Notes under the pieces: generated by a model
What the model was told of the DNA's origin: nothing
The model's database searches: none
The model's input: the letters and a program-made list of their open reading frames with translations, nothing else
Assembly: GCA_038845975.1 (NCBI GenBank)
Contig: JAWBQF010000008.1
Location: forward strand, 1-64,000
DNA from: Candidatus Methanomethylicia archaeon
GTDB taxonomy: Archaea > Thermoproteota > Methanomethylicia > CALHIW01
DNA: 64,000 nucleotides
Direction of reading: 5' to 3'
Program-made: the position numbers and the translations under genes
In this document: piece after piece, positions 50,833-61,710 of the stretch
How the letters are laid out: each line of letters opens with the position of its first letter
How positions within the stretch are numbered: the stretch's first letter is position 1

Positions 50833-53307
50833 TTAAAGCCTCTGCTCCGTTCTTGCAATTATCTCGTCCTGAAGCCCCTTCGGCAAGTTTACGAAGTAGT
50901 CACTATATCCAGCAACTCTTACCATTAAATCCTGAAAGTCTTGGGGTCTTCTCTGAGCTTCTCTAAGTAGCTCAGCGCTTACCACGTTAAACTGGACATG
51001 ATGACCACCCATTCTGAAGAAGGCTCTTATAAGGTAGGCGAGCTTCCTAATGCTTTCCTCATCAATAAATAGGTCAGGTGTTAGTTTCTGATTTAGTAAT
51101 GCTCCTCCAGTTTTATCCCAATCACACTTCGTAACACTTCTAAAGACAGCAGCAATACCTCTCCTATCCATTCCCTGAACTGGTGATACACCTTCAGAAA
51201 CTGGGAAGCTTGCTTTCCTACCATCAGGTGTTGCTCCAGTAACTCTTCCAAAATATACATGAACAGTTGTAGGTAAGAAGTAAACTCTTCTAGAAGCTTT
51301 CCTTAACGGTGATGGGGGATGGCTTTCAACAATATCAACTATAACATCAACTATTTTCTTAGCAATACTATCCACGTAATCATCATCGTTTCCATACTTT
51401 GGAGTTTTCTCAGGATTACGTAGAATCTCCCGCACTACCTCGTAGCCTTTAAAGTCTACTTTGATAGCTTCTAAAAGCTTACTCATAGTAAACGTTTTCC
51501 TGTCAAATACATGGTATCTAATCGCTGCTAAACTATCAGTTACTGTTCCTAACCCAACAATTTGAATATATTGAGTATTGTATTTAGCTCCTCCAGCATT
51601 ATAATCTTTCCCCTTCTTTACACATTCCTCTATCCATAAAGAGAGGAAGGGGACAGGCATATATTTAGCATATAGAGCTTCAACAATATCGTTTCCCCTC
51701 ATCTTTATGTTCATGAAGTGTTTTACTTGCTTTATGAAGGCATCCCAAAGCTCATTAAAGCTATTGAATTCTTCAGGATTTCCTGTCTCTAGTCCTATCT
51801 TTAATCCTGTTTTAGGATCTACACCATTGTTTAGAGTTATCTCCAGTATCTTAGGTAGGTTAAAGTAGCCGGTTAATATGTATGCTTCCTTTCCGAAAGA
51901 GCCTGATTCAATACATCCACTTACCCCAGATGTTCTGGCGTCCTCGATAGTTTTCCCCTGTCTTAGCATTTTCACTACTATCCCGTCAAAGTTGAAGAAG
52001 GGAGGTTCACCGAAGCCTGGTGCAACAACCTTTAAAGCCTTTATTAGGAAGTGGTCAGGAGTCTTATTACTTATTAGTACTGCAGTGTTTGGTTGGAGAG
52101 TTCTCATTTCATCAAGAACCTCAAGTATAAGGTAGGAAAGTTCATTAACACCATCAGATCCATCCTCCTTTAAGCCTCCTAGGTTAAGCTTTGAAAAGTC
52201 GTTGTATGTGCAGCTTTCCTCTGCTGTTACTCCTACTTTCGGTACTGCTGGCTGATTATTGAATTTAAGCCAGAATGCTTGAAGAAGCTCTTTAGCCTCC
52301 TCTCTTGTAAGCCTTCCTTCCTCAATATCCCTCTTATAGAATGGATAGAGATGCTGATCTATTCTTCCTGGATTGAAGGAATCCCATGGATTTGATTCAT
52401 ACACTACCCCAACATGAATAAACCAGTAGTGCTGTAATGCCTCCCAGAAGGTTCTTGGAGCATGTGCTGGAACCCACTCACATATCTCAGCCATTTTCTC
52501 CAGCTCCTCCCTTCTTTTAGGATCCATTTCCTTCTTAGACATTTCCCTTAACCTTTCTGAGTAGCGTTTAGCGTAGATTAAAATAGCATCAGCTGCAATA
52601 TCCATAGCTTTAAGTTCCTCTATCTTATCATAGTATTCCGGATCGCTTGGATTAAGCCTCTTAACCACTTCCTTAATCTCCTCCTTTATATCTAAAATCC
52701 CCATTTTAAACATTCTTAACCCTCCTGCTGTATGTCCAGGAACTCTTTGCTCCATAAACTCTGTCCAAATACCCGCTTCATAGCAATCCTTCCATTCCTT
52801 AGGTAAATTCTCAAATAGGATATCTCTCATAGCTCTTCCCTTCCAGAATGGGATTATTTCACTACTATAGGTCTTCTTTACCTCATCATCAACTCTATAA
52901 GGCATATTCTCCCTTGAGTTAAGAATATCTAAATCCTCCAAGCTATGTACACATATTTCAGGATAAGTAGGAACCTCCTTAATACCAGTGCCTCTAAGCC
53001 CAACTATGAGCTGTCCATCCTCTATAGGTAGGCTAACACGCTCCATTAAATACTTGAAAGCTAATGCACGTTGAACAGGTATAGATTTCCCCTTCGGAAT
53101 ATCACTCTTATAGAATTCAGTTATAATTTTAGCTCTCTCCAAGGAGATTTTAACCTCTGCCTCGACACTCTCCCTTCTTAGCTTAGCGATTCTTCCACTT
53201 ATAGGTTTAATAACAGATCTTCTCTTCTCCAACTCCTTACCAATTCTCTCTTGGGGAGAAGCTAAAGTAGCCGAGATGGAGCTTCTAGGAGATATTTCTA
53301 AACTCAT
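50833..53307 (-). CDS. hypD: Glycyl radical enzyme, trans-4-hydroxy-L-proline dehydratase-like
   Basis: TEFMEQR.PGHT; N.WD.F.PGR.DQ; KFNNQPA.PKVG.T..ES.TY.DF; SGC(I)E.G.FGKEAY.LTGY; LPTT.H.YFG; glycyl loop RVAGYS. Confidence 0.88.
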   Translation of the reverse strand: MSLEISPRSSISATLASPQERIGKELEKRRSVIKPISGRIAKLRRESVEAEVKISLERAKIITEFYKSDIPKGKSIPVQRALAFKYLMERVSLPIEDGQLIVGLRGTGIKEVPTYPEICVHSLEDLDILNSRENMPYRVDDEVKKTYSSEIIPFWKGRAMRDILFENLPKEWKDCYEAGIWTEFMEQRVPGHTAGGLRMFKMGILDIKEEIKEVVKRLNPSDPEYYDKIEELKAMDIAADAILIYAKRYSERLREMSKKEMDPKRREELEKMAEICEWVPAHAPRTFWEALQHYWFIHVGVVYESNPWDSFNPGRIDQHLYPFYKRDIEEGRLTREEAKELLQAFWLKFNNQPAVPKVGVTAEESCTYNDFSKLNLGGLKEDGSDGVNELSYLILEVLDEMRTLQPNTAVLISNKTPDHFLIKALKVVAPGFGEPPFFNFDGIVVKMLRQGKTIEDARTSGVSGCIESGSFGKEAYILTGYFNLPKILEITLNNGVDPKTGLKIGLETGNPEEFNSFNELWDAFIKQVKHFMNIKMRGNDIVEALYAKYMPVPFLSLWIEECVKKGKDYNAGGAKYNTQYIQIVGLGTVTDSLAAIRYHVFDRKTFTMSKLLEAIKVDFKGYEVVREILRNPEKTPKYGNDDDYVDSIAKKIVDVIVDIVESHPPSPLRKASRRVYFLPTTVHVYFGRVTGATPDGRKASFPVSEGVSPVQGMDRRGIAAVFRSVTKCDWDKTGGALLNQKLTPDLFIDEESIRKLAYLIRAFFRMGGHHVQFNVVSAELLREAQRRPQDFQDLMVRVAGYSDYFVNLPKGLQDEIIARTEQRL

Positions 53308-54191
53308 AATATCTTGAGTTAATACTATTATAGATACTATTAAACTTTTACCTCTAAATTAAAATGCTTTATGAACTAACCTAAATAGTAAAAGTAATAA
53401 TATTAGAAATTCTATTACTTAATTAAGTTTCTTTAAAAGCGTAATGGAGTTAAATAAAATGATCTATTCTTCTATCTACCTTATTTTGGTAGCTAATAAC
53501 TACATGAGCAATGGAAATAGGGAAACTTAGCATTATAAAGCTCCTTAGTAGCAGTAGTTTAATCAATAAATTATTTGAATGGTACTTGTATAGCTTGGTT
53601 TAGTATTGTTTGAGGGGAGTTCCTATCAAACAAGAAGTATCTAAACATGTTTGCGATAAGCCCCCTCAAACAAGCCTCAATAGCTAAAATTACAGCAAGC
53701 TCAGATTTAATGATTAAACCCTATACCTAGCTTACTTTTTAGTACTATATGATTAACTTAAAGAAGTTGTTGTAAAACTCTACTACTTAGGTTTACTGGT
53801 TAAATTCTAATGTCAAAATAGTATTGTAGGAAGTTGCTAATATGCTTAAGCTCATATCTGAAGTTTTACAATAAGTTCAAAATAGAGATTTTATATTTCA
53901 CTATAGTGCTCTAAATAATACATTAGACTTAATAAAACAATTTAGTAATAAGATAAGTATAGAAGTATTATGATGATTAGCTTTATGAAGCTGTTAGCTT
54001 CATAGACTTAATCCATCACATGTACTCTCTATATTTGACTCCTTCAACTTCTCTTATACTCAAATGCTGAAGTAATGAGGGTTTAAGGAATTAGATACTC
54101 TAATTTATAAAGCTTAAGTAGTTTAGGTAAAAGTTTATAAGAAGGCCTTATACTATTTACGGAGTTTATAATGGGATAGTAATTAGAGATC

Positions 54192-55025
54192 ATGTCTACC
54201 AAGTTTGTTTCTCTCTCTAAAGAGGAGTTTGCTGAGGAGGCTATGAATATTATTGAGAAAGCTAAGAGTAGAGGTATAGTATTAAGAATACTTGGTGCTC
54301 TTGCAGTCTACATTCATTCAAAACATGAGAGAAATGCTTTAGAAATATATAGTAGGATAGGTAGATTTGGTGTAGATAACCCTACTTTTACAGATCTAGA
54401 TTTAATAGCATATGGGAAACAGAGAGGAGAAATTGTGAAGCTTTTTGAGAAGGAGCTTAAGTTCAACTATAACGCATTGGTGAAGGCATTGTTTATGAAT
54501 AAGAGACTAATATATTTCCATCCTAAGAATCAATATCAAGTAGATATATTCTTCGATAAGCTTGAATTCAGTCATGATGTAGTATTCGGTGATAAACCTG
54601 GTAAGGGTAGGTTAGACCTTGATTACCCAACAATTACCCTAACAGATTTAGTTCTTGAAAAAATACAGATCCATCAAATCAATTTAAAAGATATAGTTGA
54701 CTTAATAATTACATTTTACGGGCATGACGTAAACTATAAAGATGACCAAGAATACATAAATGGTAAATACATAGCTAAAATACTATCTGATGACTGGGGG
54801 TTCTGGTATGATGCAATAACAAACCTAAATAAAGTTAAACTCTTCGTGGAAAAATTTCATAATGAAAATAAGCTAACAAAAGAGGAGAAGGAACTAGTAA
54901 ATAGTAGGATAGATAAATTGATAAAGATAATTGATGAAGAACCTAAATCCGGAAAATGGAGAAAAAGAGCTGAAATAGGAACTTCAAAACCATGGTATCG
55001 TGAAGTAGAAGAAGTTACTAAATAA
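54192..55025 (+). CDS. Uncharacterised nucleotidyltransferase-fold protein
   Basis: LR.LGALAV (hG[GA]); TDLDL (DxD); third acid in VDIF; helical C-terminus L..EK.QI..IN.KD..D. Confidence 0.65.
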   Translation: MSTKFVSLSKEEFAEEAMNIIEKAKSRGIVLRILGALAVYIHSKHERNALEIYSRIGRFGVDNPTFTDLDLIAYGKQRGEIVKLFEKELKFNYNALVKALFMNKRLIYFHPKNQYQVDIFFDKLEFSHDVVFGDKPGKGRLDLDYPTITLTDLVLEKIQIHQINLKDIVDLIITFYGHDVNYKDDQEYINGKYIAKILSDDWGFWYDAITNLNKVKLFVEKFHNENKLTKEEKELVNSRIDKLIKIIDEEPKSGKWRKRAEIGTSKPWYREVEEVTK

Positions 55026-55338
55026 CTGTAATATTTTACTTTGGGAATCAAATTAATTAAGACTAAACATCATCATGTAAACTCTTACAATATGAAGAAG
55101 ACAGAAGAAGGTTAAATTGTGATATTATAGTCTACTTAAGCTATTTAAATCTCATAATTTTATGAAATTACATAAACTTTCAGTAATAATTTACAGAACC
55201 CTCTACTATATTTATTCTAAGTACTGGTATTTTTAATATTTATTTTAAAAACATCGATAGTTTATGAATTACATAGCTAGAATTGTTTATTAAGATATTT
55301 TTCATTACTGGAGCCTCTATTTTAAAGTAAAAATATAT

Positions 55339-56937
55339 ATGTATGCTAGAGGAGTTAATATGGGTGTATTTATGGAGGAAGTAGTGTTTGCGAGGAGGGC
55401 TTCTGGACTTGTTAGAGAATTAGGGTTTCAAGATGCTTTCATATGGGCTATAGCAACACCTGCAGCTTCAGGTATAACTTTCTACTCTGTTAGAATGGCT
55501 TTTACATATCCGGGATCTAATGCTGCGTTATCCTTCCTTATAGCTTCACTAATTATACTTCCAATAACTATTACGCTAGGTATAATGTCTGCTACAATGC
55601 CTAGATCTGGCGGAATGTATGTACAGGTAAGTAGGGTTTTAGGACCTACAATAGGTGTTTATGCTGCATGGGCTATGGTTATAGGGTGGGGTATTGCTAT
55701 AGGCCTTCTAGGCTATATTGTAACGGGTATTTTAGGGTCTGCCTTAATCATGGCTGGGCATGCTGGTGGAGGAGCTGGATTTATAAGTGTAGGTAGCGCT
55801 ATGGCTACACAGCTTTGGCAAACTATTGGAGGAATAGTATTTACATTATTCTTCTGGATTGTAAGTCTATATGGACTAAGATATGTTAAGTGGATTGAGA
55901 GAATCCTCTTCTACCTTCCACTTGCAGCTACAATACTTGCAATACTATTATTTATAGGAATTGGTCCTGGAGGTGTTTCAAAAATGTTTGATAGTATGTG
56001 GGGTGAGGGAACATACATGAAGATACTTAGTGCAGCGAGAGATAAGGGATGGGGATTTCCAGGATTTTCATGGAGTGCTACTATAGCTTCACTTATCGTT
56101 CCATTCTGGGCTTGGACAGGCTTTGAATCAGTAACCTTTGCTAGTGGGGAGGTTAGGGATCCTAAGAGAAGTCTAGTTTACGGCTTTATTGGGGGATATA
56201 TAGGATGTATGATTCTCTATACTGTTGTAGCCTGGTCCGTATACTATCCCTACCAGGAGTTTATAGGTGCTTATGTTTTCCTAGCTAATAAACATCCTGA
56301 TGTATTAGCTGGAATAATGCCTGCAGCAATAACTCCCTCAGTACCCTTCTTTGCAGCTTCTCTAAGCGGTAACCTAATATTAGGAGCAATAATTGCAGTA
56401 CTTATAGCTTTATGGTATGCAAACAGTATACCTCCAGTATTTGTAAGTACGTCAAGAACCCTATTTGCACTTGCTTTTGATAGAGCATTCCCCTTAAAGC
56501 TAAGTGAAGTTAATGAGAGAGGATGCCCAACATGGGCCTCCCATGTAACAATGATTTGGGGAATTGTAGGAGTATTTGTTGCTGCTTTTTCAGTTGATGT
56601 TATACTTGGAATATTAGACTTTACAATGCTGAACTTCTTCTGGCTTATGGGCTTATCAGCATTACTACTACCATTTATTAGACCAGAAATCTATAAGATG
56701 TGTCCAGTACAGAAGAAGATAGCTGGAATACCTCTACTCTCAATACTTGGCTTAATATCATTTGCTTTAGGATTCTGGATAGTTTGTTTCTCAATACTTG
56801 AGTTTACATATAGTGTAGCTGTAGTTATGGCTGTTTTCCTAGCTGTTGGATTCATAGTACATGTATGGCAATACTCCAGAAATGTTAGGGAGGGTATTGA
56901 TGTTTCAAAGATATATACAGTTCTACCGCCAACCTAG
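55339..56937 (+). CDS. APC-superfamily amino acid / polyamine permease
   Basis: F.RRASGLVRE; MPRSGG.Y..VSR; W..TGFE.....SGEV..P; SR..FA.AFDR..P; about 12 TM helices. Confidence 0.92.
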   Translation: MYARGVNMGVFMEEVVFARRASGLVRELGFQDAFIWAIATPAASGITFYSVRMAFTYPGSNAALSFLIASLIILPITITLGIMSATMPRSGGMYVQVSRVLGPTIGVYAAWAMVIGWGIAIGLLGYIVTGILGSALIMAGHAGGGAGFISVGSAMATQLWQTIGGIVFTLFFWIVSLYGLRYVKWIERILFYLPLAATILAILLFIGIGPGGVSKMFDSMWGEGTYMKILSAARDKGWGFPGFSWSATIASLIVPFWAWTGFESVTFASGEVRDPKRSLVYGFIGGYIGCMILYTVVAWSVYYPYQEFIGAYVFLANKHPDVLAGIMPAAITPSVPFFAASLSGNLILGAIIAVLIALWYANSIPPVFVSTSRTLFALAFDRAFPLKLSEVNERGCPTWASHVTMIWGIVGVFVAAFSVDVILGILDFTMLNFFWLMGLSALLLPFIRPEIYKMCPVQKKIAGIPLLSILGLISFALGFWIVCFSILEFTYSVAVVMAVFLAVGFIVHVWQYSRNVREGIDVSKIYTVLPPT

Positions 56938-57881
56938 CCCTCAACTCTCCAAAAACTTTTAATACTATTTTTATCTATTTCAACTATATAGGCTTTAAGT
57001 ATTGCTGATTCATACTCTGAGCCTGGATTTAAAACAGGTACCTTATCCACATAGTCAACACCTCCAGACTCATGAATATGTCCATGTAGACCGATAAGAG
57101 GCTTATATTTCTTAATAGCCTCCAGAATCGACTTACTTCCTACATGCTTATATCTTACGCCTCCACCTACAACTATAGGTTTAAGGTTTTTATCAAGTTC
57201 AGGAGCTAAATCAAGCTTAGTACCATACGGTGGTGAATGAAAGTTAAAAATAGACTTATAGGGGTCTTTAAGCCGTTTAATAAGCTTCTCTATACTTCCC
57301 TTAAGTTTACCTTCATCAGCTTCCCTAGGAGTACACCATGGAGTTGGATTTACATAATCTAGGCTTATCATCTCAATACCTCCAACCTCAACAACATCAT
57401 TTAGAGGATATATTATACCTTTATCTTCATACTCCTTGATAACTTCATCAACTTCAAGTATATCATCATTTCCAGGCATAACAACGACTTGTACTCTTCT
57501 AGTATCTATTCTACTAGTTAGAAAATTAAGCCAACTCCTCATTCTCTCCAATATCTTTTCATTCATAATTCTAAGCATATCCTCATAATTATTCTTTAAC
57601 GTTTCAACCTCCTCAGAAGATAACGTAATAGTATAAACTCCTCTCTCCTCAAGCTCCCTAGATACCTTCTCAATATCTTCCTCACTAAACCTACGCTTTA
57701 AACCCCTGTATGAAACACTATATGAGCCGTCAGAACCCCTCACTATTGGAACCATTAACTTACCTGTTAGATCACCGCAAAACATTAAAACATCAGCTTT
57801 ATAAATCTCCATGGCTGATATCCATTTTCTCCATAATGCAGTATTTCCATGAACATCAACTGAAAAGAAAATTCTAACCAT
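56934..57881 (-). CDS. Icc-related metallophosphoesterase (COG2129-like)
   Basis: DVHG; GDLTGK; PGNDD; TPW.TPRE; H.PP; HVGS; HGHIHE; NPGSEY. Confidence 0.9.
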   Translation of the reverse strand: MVRIFFSVDVHGNTALWRKWISAMEIYKADVLMFCGDLTGKLMVPIVRGSDGSYSVSYRGLKRRFSEEDIEKVSRELEERGVYTITLSSEEVETLKNNYEDMLRIMNEKILERMRSWLNFLTSRIDTRRVQVVVMPGNDDILEVDEVIKEYEDKGIIYPLNDVVEVGGIEMISLDYVNPTPWCTPREADEGKLKGSIEKLIKRLKDPYKSIFNFHSPPYGTKLDLAPELDKNLKPIVVGGGVRYKHVGSKSILEAIKKYKPLIGLHGHIHESGGVDYVDKVPVLNPGSEYESAILKAYIVEIDKNSIKSFWRVEG

Positions 57882-58262
57882 GAAGACAAAACCATATACA
57901 ACATAATAAATTTTTCGGAGACATAGCTTAAAGTAGAAAGACTTTTAACAATCTAAATCAAACTGAAGAAATCTCCATCGAACCCTATTAATTTCATATT
58001 GCCTTTATAGTTCTTCCTCTAATTGTTCTTACAAAGCTCCCTTTAATATTTTCCTCTATCTTAATCATGCTGCTTTTCTTACTGCAATATATTTAAGCTT
58101 TCTTACCACATATTCAAATAATTTATTTAATCCATAAATGAGTCTACATCATAAATCTTCAGTTAGAAGCAGATTGGTTAATATAAATTACCTGGAACAA
58201 CAGGAATAGGGAAATTTTGGATAGGCTAAATTTACAATGTGATCTAAACCAGAAAGATATAT

Positions 58263-59156
58263 ATGGTAGCTCTAATAATAATTATTGCCATGTATGCTTC
58301 ATACAGCCTATTAGGTCAGAACCTAATTGTTAATAGCATAGTGAAAATGTTCAGCGATATTATTGCTGCATTACCATCTATCATTGCAGCTATAATTATT
58401 GTTGCTATAGGGTATGTTGCAGGAACTGGTATTGGAAAAGCTGTAAATTACCTTATTGAGAAGACAGGTATTGAAAAAAGCTTCGATCAAACAGAGACTG
58501 GAAAAGCTTTTAGAAAGGCAGGATTAGACCTCTCATCATTTATAGGGGGTTTAATTAAGGCATTTATCATCATCATATCGATAATGATTGCGCTTCAAGT
58601 ACTTAACATTAGTGGAGTTATTGGAGACTTCCTTATGAGAGTAGCTAGCTACTTACCTAGACTTCTAGGAGGAATAATTGTAATTGTTTTCGGTATAGCT
58701 TTAGTTGAGTTCCTAACATCCCTAATAAGTAGGGTTTTAAAACCAATATTTCCAGAGCAGAAATCAGAAGTTGTTGATATGCTGAGAAATCTTCTACTAA
58801 TAGGTCTTATTGCTGTGGTCTTGTATATAGCTTTAGATTTAATGCAACTAGCTGGGCAAATGGTTTACCCATTAATATTGGGATTTGTAATTATTGGGGC
58901 AGGAATAGCATTAACAGATGGCTTAATAAAATCTATAACTGATGAACATAAGGAATTCATACCAGTAGCTGGATACGCTAAATTCATACTCTACAGCATA
59001 TTCCTAGTGGTAGGAGTAGCAGCAATATTTTCCACATTTTCAGGAGTAACTCAAACTATAGCTAATATTTCATGGGCCTTTGCAATAGCACTAGCAATAA
59101 TGCTTATACCAGTAGTATACAATCTCTCAAGGAAAATACTAAAGGAAACAACATAA
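58263..59156 (+). CDS. Membrane protein with 'TM_helix' repeats (MscS-associated / CmpX-like)
   Basis: Repeated LP.I.AA.II...G and YLPRL.G..I...G motifs; many TM helices; no MscS beta domain. Confidence 0.75.
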   Translation: MVALIIIIAMYASYSLLGQNLIVNSIVKMFSDIIAALPSIIAAIIIVAIGYVAGTGIGKAVNYLIEKTGIEKSFDQTETGKAFRKAGLDLSSFIGGLIKAFIIIISIMIALQVLNISGVIGDFLMRVASYLPRLLGGIIVIVFGIALVEFLTSLISRVLKPIFPEQKSEVVDMLRNLLLIGLIAVVLYIALDLMQLAGQMVYPLILGFVIIGAGIALTDGLIKSITDEHKEFIPVAGYAKFILYSIFLVVGVAAIFSTFSGVTQTIANISWAFAIALAIMLIPVVYNLSRKILKETT

Positions 59157-59645
59157 ACCTTTTTTTAATCATAGTTTAATTTTCCAAAATTAGAAATTAC
59201 ATATTAACCATTAAATTAGGGAATCTACTTAAACTTGGCTAAATCCAAAACTGAAATCGTTCTTTATGAATTAATTATTGTCGTATTTCCTCTTTCGATT
59301 TTAATATTTCGTTAACTTCTTTTATCCATGTTGTAGGTTTACTACTATAATTGTTAGCTCTTTGATTATGTTAGTAATTCTTTAATAATGGAGTACTTGT
59401 TTAAACATTGAAAACTATTTCAACACCAGCACTTACCATAATATTAGAAGATCATAATCTGATAAAGCTGAAACTTAAGTCATAAACACAAAATTAAGTA
59501 TTCTATTAAGTATTCTAAGGATATACTAATAAATAATAGGAAATGTTAAAGCTATAAATCCTTGTAAACTTAAGCTATTAACTCTACATTATCATCTTAT
59601 GAATCATAAAGAAAAGTTTAAATATGGAATATTCAAAAATATCTA

Positions 59646-59700
59646 GGGCTGGGAATGCTGAGTAGTGATGATCACTGGGTGCTGTGAGCACTGCGATGAT
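59646..59700 (+). ncRNA. Candidate C/D box-type sRNA (boxes in permuted order)
   Basis: GC-rich 55-nt island about 25 nt after BRE/TATA (aagaaaag-tttaaata, 59609-59624); CTGA 59658, GTGATGA 59665, GTGA 59684, GCGATGA 59693. Confidence 0.45.
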
Positions 59701-59722
59701 ATGTCAATTTTATGGTTAATTT

Positions 59723-59950
59723 ATGTTGATAAGGGAATATAGATTAGTTTTAAGGGGATATCAAGTTCTTATAGGTTTATTCTTAGTTTTATCATTTATA
59801 GGTTTAATAGTATTCCATATTGTTTTTTCAGGTGATACTCTTATACTAATACTTAGTATTATCTCTCTAATTCTTGGTTTACTTCTAATCTTCTTAGCTA
59901 GAAAGGATATAATTGTTGCCCCGCCAGTTTTAAGGTTTAAGAGAAATTAG
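59723..59950 (+). CDS. Small two-TM membrane protein
   Basis: 75 aa with two hydrophobic helices and a basic tail. Confidence 0.55.
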   Translation: MLIREYRLVLRGYQVLIGLFLVLSFIGLIVFHIVFSGDTLILILSIISLILGLLLIFLARKDIIVAPPVLRFKRN

Positions 59951-61362
59951 AGAGTACTTTTTAGAATTTGAAGATGTCTAGGTTTTAGTATTCTCATAAC
60001 CATTTCAGTAATTAGTTTAAATCTTCTACTCTCCATTTCCTTGAAGAGGCGATTAGGGCTAAAGTAGAATAGAATATATGCTTGAACTAATAGTTTTGAT
60101 ACTTGTTCTCTAGTAAAGCTATAACCTCTAATTACAGGTATTAATGTAGTGTAGTGACTCCAATTCTTATCCTCAATTAAATTATCTTTTAATGCAAGCA
60201 TATAGAGTGGAGTTCCAGGATAGGGTGTAGCAACTGTAAACTGAGCATATGATGGATTTAGCTTTGAGGCGAAAGCTATTGTTCTCCTCATGTCCTCAAT
60301 TGTTTCCCACGGTAATCCTAGAATAAATGATCCAGCTGATTCACCCTTAACCTCTCTAACTAGTTTGAATGCATTAATTATTTGTTGAACTGTTATCTTC
60401 TTACCTATTTGATCTAGAGTTTTCTGATTTGCTGATTCAACACCAAAGTATATTATGCTACATCCTTGACTATACATTCTACTAATAAGCTCCCGGTCTA
60501 CATGATCTACTCTTGAGCCACATGTAAAACATATATCAAGCCTCCTCTCTTTAAGACCATTAAGAAAGTCTATCATCCACTTCCTAATAATTGTAAGTTC
60601 ATCATCAACAAAAACTATGTTTTTCACCCTATATCTATATACAACATCCTCAATTTCATCTAAAACACTATTAACACTTCTAATTCTATAGAGTCTACCC
60701 ATGAAGTATGATGTGGAGCAGTATATACAGCCATATGGACAGCCTCTACTAGCAATCACATGTACAACTCTTACAGGCTTATCGAATACTGTGTATCTAT
60801 CCATTGGTAAAAGATGTCGTGCTGGTGGAGGTAAAGAATCTAAATTAGCTATTAGTCTCCTATAGCCAGTAAAGTAGATTTTACCATTATCTCTAAATGC
60901 TATACCCTTAACGGATTTTAAAAGGTTAGGGTTTAAACCATGCTTTCCAATCACATTTAGTAGCTCAAGAAAGGTATATTCACCCTCCCCGATTACAGTA
61001 ATATCTATATTTACTGATTCACTTAAAACTTCTTTATACATAAATGTTACATGAGGCCCACCGACAACAATAGGAACTTCCTTATCAATTGCTTTTATAT
61101 ACTTAGCAATTTCATAAGCATTATAAATCGTAGGTGTTAAAGCAGTTAAACCAACAATATCCGGTTTAAACATCTTAATCTCTAAAATAACCCTTCTAAG
61201 ATCAAAATCTAGGGTAGGTGAATCAATAATTTTAACCTTGTAACCATTATGTTCAAGAATAGAGGCTATATAAGCTAATCCAAGAGGAGGAGCTCTAACA
61301 CCAATACTTTGACATATTTCAAGTCTCTCCAGCCCAGGTGGAGCTAGAAGTAAAACCTTCAC
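59947..61362 (-). CDS. B12-binding domain radical SAM protein (class B methyltransferase-like)
   Basis: PPLGL.YIA; GGPH.T; GEGE; SRGCPYGCIYC; F.DD; GVES; TPYPGT. Confidence 0.94.
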   Translation of the reverse strand: MKVLLLAPPGLERLEICQSIGVRAPPLGLAYIASILEHNGYKVKIIDSPTLDFDLRRVILEIKMFKPDIVGLTALTPTIYNAYEIAKYIKAIDKEVPIVVGGPHVTFMYKEVLSESVNIDITVIGEGEYTFLELLNVIGKHGLNPNLLKSVKGIAFRDNGKIYFTGYRRLIANLDSLPPPARHLLPMDRYTVFDKPVRVVHVIASRGCPYGCIYCSTSYFMGRLYRIRSVNSVLDEIEDVVYRYRVKNIVFVDDELTIIRKWMIDFLNGLKERRLDICFTCGSRVDHVDRELISRMYSQGCSIIYFGVESANQKTLDQIGKKITVQQIINAFKLVREVKGESAGSFILGLPWETIEDMRRTIAFASKLNPSYAQFTVATPYPGTPLYMLALKDNLIEDKNWSHYTTLIPVIRGYSFTREQVSKLLVQAYILFYFSPNRLFKEMESRRFKLITEMVMRILKPRHLQILKSTL

Positions 61363-61503
61363 TATTAGATATTAAGTATAGCTGAATATAAACTTTACGA
61401 ATTTGCAGGTTTGTGAGCTTTAGATGGATAAGATTTAATGGTTAAGTTCACAATATGATAACCTAAGTAGAAATCTTTTTAAACACCCAATACATTTAAA
61501 CTT

Positions 61504-61710
61504 ATGCCACCAAGAGGCTATAAGGCTATCGGTGTAACGCTTAGAGAAGAAGAGTATACTCTTCTTAATAGTAAGTTAAAAGCTTATGGTTTTGAAAACT
61601 TATCCGATATGGTTAAAGCCATAATTAGAGGTGATGTTAAAATTACAGCAGAAAAAAATGTGAAAACTTCAGGATTCTACTCAAAACTAAGAAAACTCTG
61701 GACATCATAG
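61504..61710 (+). CDS. Small ribbon-helix-helix / CopG-like DNA-binding protein (putative)
   Basis: YKAIGVTL.EEEY..L...LK..GF.NLSD.VK pattern; TATA-like ttttaaa near 61477. Confidence 0.55.
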   Translation: MPPRGYKAIGVTLREEEYTLLNSKLKAYGFENLSDMVKAIIRGDVKITAEKNVKTSGFYSKLRKLWTS

